DNA of 39,954 nucleotides from a virus (lineage: Duplodnaviria > Caudoviricetes), in the IMG/VR virus record IMGVR_UViG_3300032321_000245, positions 1-39,954 of that record. One strand, given 5' to 3'. The notes beneath the pieces were generated by a model. It was not told the DNA's origin. It did not search any database and was given only the letters and a program-made list of their open reading frames with translations. Made by a program: the position numbers and the translations under genes. Shown one piece after another: positions 36,100 through 39,954 of this stretch (position 1 is its first letter; every line of letters starts with the position of its first letter).

Positions 36100-36591
36100 T
36101 TAGGGCTTTGCCCTGTGTAACTTACAGCAGGTGCAAACTTCGGTCTTATATGCTTTCTTTGCAGGTATAGAACTTAAGGCTGCAACAATTTGATTAACAG
36201 TTTTAGGTGTATTCATCCACCAGAACCAAGGGCTTGTGTCATTACCCATTCCATCATTGATTGAAATATGTAGGTGTTTAGTGTGTTGATTACTACCCGT
36301 GTACTTACGGTTGCCTTCTTTAGCACGTTCGGCTGACCAGATTTTGCCCTGAAATATTAAATACTTAACTCGCTTGTCTTCCTTTAATTTCTGGAAGATA
36401 TCAACACAATCAATCCCATTGTCAGGGTCATGTGTTATATCAACAGCCAACCCTGTATTGTGGTCTGATGTTGGACTTTGTTTCATATGCGCTGCTGATG
36501 GTAGTAATCCATCGCTTGCTTTCTTGCGCTTAGGGCGCAATGCTGTTGCTTGACGTAGTACTGCTATAGCAGCAGGTGTTGCTTTACTCAT
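36100..36591 (-). CDS. Putative endolysin (M15-like zinc peptidase fold)
   Basis: SDHNTGLAVD (Hx6D) and HLHIS motifs; lies between membrane-protein genes. Confidence 0.7.
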   Translation of the reverse strand: MSKATPAAIAVLRQATALRPKRKKASDGLLPSAAHMKQSPTSDHNTGLAVDITHDPDNGIDCVDIFQKLKEDKRVKYLIFQGKIWSAERAKEGNRKYTGSNQHTKHLHISINDGMGNDTSPWFWWMNTPKTVNQIVAALSSIPAKKAYKTEVCTCCKLHRAKP

Positions 36592-36685
36592 CGTCATCAT
36601 CTTCCCAATCAGCAGGGTCTACATTAGGTGTTGGTAATCCCCAACCTGGGTCAGGAACTATAGGTGTAAATCCCATAAATGCCAT
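36584..36685 (-). CDS. Pro/Asp-rich micro-protein (33 aa)
   Basis: MAFMGFTPIVPDPGWGLPTPNVDPADWEDDDDE; overlaps both neighbours. Confidence 0.55.
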   Translation of the reverse strand: MAFMGFTPIVPDPGWGLPTPNVDPADWEDDDDE

Positions 36686-36882
36686 TATGCTTTCTCACAT
36701 AACATTTTATAAATATCATCCACACGATTTTCAACACGGTTCAACCTATCGGAAACACTGCTCCCACCATTGGGTTTAAGTTCTGCTAAATAGTGTTTAA
36801 CCATCCAACGAATCATAATTGCAAATGCTCCTACAAGGGATGTGATTGATAGGGCAAATGCAGCCCAATCTTGTGGTGTCAT
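36685..36882 (-). CDS. Single-pass membrane protein (lysis-associated)
   Basis: N-terminal TM segment followed by ELKPNGGSSVSDRLNRVE. Confidence 0.75.
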   Translation of the reverse strand: MTPQDWAAFALSITSLVGAFAIMIRWMVKHYLAELKPNGGSSVSDRLNRVENRVDDIYKMLCEKA

Positions 36883-36886
36883 GATG

Positions 36887-38851
36887 TTATACCGTTCTGA
36901 TAGTTATGTTAATAACCCCACCAAAGCCATCAAAACGCTTATCAGGTGGTGTCATACGACTGAATGTAACTTGCTGTATTACTGCTTGCTGTGATTCTCC
37001 TGTTGTCAGGTCTTGCCAAGTCAGAACATCGCCTGTCTTTTCAATCTCTTCTAACAATTGTATACGAGCATATGCTCTGCCATCATAGCCAACTACAGTA
37101 TTAAATCTGTCAGTTTCTATATCAAAACAATAAACAGGGAACTGAATAATACGTTGACGTGGTGTAGCAATAGTTGCTTTAGCCTGATAACCTTTAAAGG
37201 TTGGACCAGTAGTAGTATCTGTAGTATCACGAGTAAGTGTAAACTTATATGCAAGAAACTCTTGGGCTAGTTCGGGTTGACTTGTTGTTACTTCTACTGC
37301 TGCTACATTTGAATTATAAGTAATATGGTCGTATTGTGTTTCATTACCATTTGCACCTGTAGCCAAAGATGAAGAAGTAAACTCACCAGATATAAATGTG
37401 CCACGAGCAACAAGACGTTTATAGTTTTTAGGTTCTAATGTAGAAAATCTAATCTTACCTGTAGTTATAGAACCAGATGATGCTAAAACTGTAGTTGACT
37501 GAATGGCTATGCCATTACTGCCTGATGTAGTAAAGGCTATCTGGTCTGTATTGCCTACAAAATCTACAGTAGTAGCATAACCAGTAGCAGTACTAAGATA
37601 AGCATCTTTAGCATAAGCAAAGCGCAATGATTCAATTTCTGAACCTAAGTCAATACGATATAAACCAGCACAATTATTAACTGTACCTGCAGCCCATACA
37701 AATCTATCGCGGAAAGCAAAGTCACGGACACCATTAGTATCTTCAAATAAAAGCGGACCATAAGATAAATCACCAGCAGTAGTAGCACCTTCTGAGATAC
37801 TAGCCACACGCATACCTTTATTAGTACCTATCATTAGGTAACCAAGATACGACTCAATCTTATAAACTATCTCACCAATGGGCAGTTGTGCTGCTACAAT
37901 CCCTGATGTCAGGGTAGGCATAGAACCGCCAGCAGATAGAACAAACTTGTAGATAGCAGAGTTACCGCCAAGGTAACCAGCGGCATAGATAGCAGAACCG
38001 CCTTCAGAAATAGATGACCAAACCCAATCCGCATTAGGATGTGTGTATATAGGTGTAGGCAAGGCACGTGATGTGCCTTTAGTACCAGTTAATTCATAAA
38101 CACTAGGTCCAACACAAGCAACCAAACGTTGCTTTGCCCAAGCAAGAGTTACTCGTTCACTGCCAGTTGCATAATATTCTGTGTACCCAGATGTAGGTGT
38201 TGCAATTTCTCCTGAATAAATATGGTCGTTGTCAGCAACGAACAAGTGTGCTCCATCAGTTGCAATTGCTAGTGTAGCCGTATCTAATCCAGCAGTAACT
38301 ACGTGTGTGTAAGCAACAGCAGTACCACTAGCAGTGTAATTATTAATAGTTGTATTTGCTGGTGTCCAAGCAACAAGTTTATTAGTTGAGCCATCTACAA
38401 CAGAGATAAGTTTATAAACACCAGTTGTAACACCAGTCATATTGGCTGTCTCTTTAAGAAGAGTAACCTGTCCCTTAGTCCATACATCTACATTGTCTGA
38501 GTCAGTAAAGCGATGAGCAACTGATTCACCTGCAGATGGGTCATAAAACTTAATACCTGTGCCATTATGAAAAGAAGACTGACTTCTTAGCCACCAACCA
38601 GTAAGTGATTGCTCACCTGGTTCTGTCCCAATATCTGATTGGTCTTTACTAAATGGTGCAGTCTGACGAATGTATGGTCTAGTATCATTGATAGCATAAA
38701 AGAATGGCAAGCCACCTACTGCTACATCATATGCTTCATTAGTATTTTGCCAAGTAGAAGTAGATGAAACAATACCTAAATCAATAGCAATAGCACGACC
38801 AATGCTGGCAGTTGCGGAGCCTCTACCTTCGGTTATATCTCTTGTTGCCAC
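36887..38851 (-). CDS. Putative tail nozzle / tail tubular protein B-like
   Basis: 654 aa, beta-rich propeller-like character; AAGGAG RBS with GTG start. Confidence 0.6.
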   Translation of the reverse strand: MATRDITEGRGSATASIGRAIAIDLGIVSSTSTWQNTNEAYDVAVGGLPFFYAINDTRPYIRQTAPFSKDQSDIGTEPGEQSLTGWWLRSQSSFHNGTGIKFYDPSAGESVAHRFTDSDNVDVWTKGQVTLLKETANMTGVTTGVYKLISVVDGSTNKLVAWTPANTTINNYTASGTAVAYTHVVTAGLDTATLAIATDGAHLFVADNDHIYSGEIATPTSGYTEYYATGSERVTLAWAKQRLVACVGPSVYELTGTKGTSRALPTPIYTHPNADWVWSSISEGGSAIYAAGYLGGNSAIYKFVLSAGGSMPTLTSGIVAAQLPIGEIVYKIESYLGYLMIGTNKGMRVASISEGATTAGDLSYGPLLFEDTNGVRDFAFRDRFVWAAGTVNNCAGLYRIDLGSEIESLRFAYAKDAYLSTATGYATTVDFVGNTDQIAFTTSGSNGIAIQSTTVLASSGSITTGKIRFSTLEPKNYKRLVARGTFISGEFTSSSLATGANGNETQYDHITYNSNVAAVEVTTSQPELAQEFLAYKFTLTRDTTDTTTGPTFKGYQAKATIATPRQRIIQFPVYCFDIETDRFNTVVGYDGRAYARIQLLEEIEKTGDVLTWQDLTTGESQQAVIQQVTFSRMTPPDKRFDGFGGVINITIRTV

Positions 38852-38860
38852 TATTGCTCC

Positions 38861-38947
38861 TTAATACGGTAGTAAATCTGCTTCATCTATTGCATCGTCA
38901 ATTGTGCGAGTATGTTCTTTAGAACAACTACCACATTGCTTGCACAT
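38861..38947 (-). CDS. Cys micro-protein (28 aa)
   Basis: MCKQCGSCSKEHTRTIDDAIDEADLLPY; TAATG overlap. Confidence 0.55.
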   Translation of the reverse strand: MCKQCGSCSKEHTRTIDDAIDEADLLPY

Positions 38948-39183
38948 TAAAGAACGATTGTTGCTGCTTCTTCTTCGGTAAGCGGTGTACCTGCTACCAA
39001 CTTAGTCTTAGCAGATAGTTTGAGTGCAGCCTTTGCTTCTGCTGCTGCTTCTGATGCTGCAAAACGTGCTGTTGCTTTTGCAATATCTACTTTACGTTGT
39101 GCAATTTCTTCCGCTGTAAAAGGGCGCTCAGTTACTTCGCCTGTTGTGCAATTTATTTCAGTTGCAATTAGTGTTTCTGTCAT
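38947..39183 (-). CDS. Putative tail-fibre assembly chaperone
   Basis: EINCTTGEVTERPFTAEEIA...LTEEEA; follows the fibre-tip genes. Confidence 0.55.
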   Translation of the reverse strand: MTETLIATEINCTTGEVTERPFTAEEIAQRKVDIAKATARFAASEAAAEAKAALKLSAKTKLVAGTPLTEEEAATIVL

Positions 39184-39201
39184 TGTGTTGCTCCTTAGTT
39201 A

Positions 39202-39717
39202 TTAGGGTGTGTTAGAAATACCATAAAGGTATGCGTTTGTATATTGTAAAAATGAATTAACATCAGGTTTAAGAGTAACTCTAGTTATTGCTGCCGTGCT
39301 TTGCCATATTCCTGAAAGAAGGTGCGAATAAGAGGTTGTTGCATTTGTTTCCATTGTTCCATTTACTTGAAAAGATTTATACCTTGAAGTATTTGTATAA
39401 TTAGCAATGTAAATTTCATTATTGCTAAATGTACCTGATGTTGATGTATTGCCACAAATAATACCAGAGTACCCAGTGTTTTCAGTTCCTGTGGTTGGTG
39501 TTGCATTGCCAGGACTTTGTATCCATCTTACTGGAGAGTTATATGCTGTTCCATTAAAACTTGTATACAAGTAATCAAGAGTGCTTGAATTATTTGAACG
39601 AGCAGATAACTTTATGCAAAGGTCTGTATATGTACTTGGTATTGAAGTAAAATCAATAGTAGAAGAACCACCGCTGCCAACATTAACTGCAGCAATAAGT
39701 GTATATGTATCTGCCAT
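39202..39717 (-). CDS. Putative fibre-tip/receptor-binding paralog 3
   Basis: TYTLIA...IDFTSIPSTYTDL...YLYGIS pattern shared with paralogs 1 and 2. Confidence 0.75.
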   Translation of the reverse strand: MADTYTLIAAVNVGSGGSSTIDFTSIPSTYTDLCIKLSARSNNSSTLDYLYTSFNGTAYNSPVRWIQSPGNATPTTGTENTGYSGIICGNTSTSGTFSNNEIYIANYTNTSRYKSFQVNGTMETNATTSYSHLLSGIWQSTAAITRVTLKPDVNSFLQYTNAYLYGISNTP

Positions 39718-39719
39718 AG

Positions 39720-39954
39720 TTATGCCGCCTTAATTCCATATAGTGTGAGTGTAGAACCAGCAAGAAAATTATTTGTTTGAGTAACAGTAATAGATGTTAT
39801 TGCCGATGTACTTCTTATTAAGTGCGCCCATATACCTACATAACCAAACTTGCCAGGATTTTCTCTTTGAAGTACGGTTTTGTATGTTGTTGTATTAGAA
39901 TAGTTTTGAAATTGAAACACATCTAAATGCAAAGCATTACTGTCTGTCATTGCA
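39720..39954 (-). CDS. 3' part of fibre-tip paralog 2 (start at 398, across the junction)
   Basis: In frame with 1-398; ends SAITSITV...TLTLYGIKAA. Confidence 0.85.
   Translation of the reverse strand, partial: AMTDSNALHLDVFQFQNYSNTTTYKTVLQRENPGKFGYVGIWAHLIRSTSAITSITVTQTNNFLAGSTLTLYGIKAA
39832..39954. repeat. Terminal direct repeat, identical to 1-123
   Basis: Exact match on reading. Confidence 0.95.

Overview
This window is an apparently complete, circularly assembled ~39.8 kb dsDNA tailed-phage genome; bases 1-123 repeat exactly at 39832-39954. It is podovirus-like and most likely infects Actinobacteria (WhiB, DUF4192-like and actinobacterial SLT-like genes; the low GC suggests a small-genome aquatic host). 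There are two arms. The minus strand carries the late genes: terminase, portal, probable ejection proteins, scaffold, capsid, basic micro-proteins, a glycosyltransferase/methyltransferase pair, tail, fibres and lysis. The plus strand (24182-35813) carries early/replication genes: SSB, DUF932, exonuclease, helicase, resolvase, split primase, phosphoesterase, sigma-like factor and WhiB. I recognised no DNA polymerase, RNA polymerase, integrase, tRNA or CRISPR array. The most striking feature is a ~650-nt GC-rich element at ~23505-24160 between the arms. By eye it folds on the minus strand into a multi-junction structure with four copies of one internal-loop module, four tandem G-A pairs and CUUG/GNRA loops, making it a candidate large phage ncRNA. 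Smaller structured elements include an anti-Shine-Dalgarno hairpin (29546-29596), an H-type pseudoknot (28574-28608) and a structured scaffold leader. All calls come from manual motif recognition and hand folding; no database search or folding software was run.
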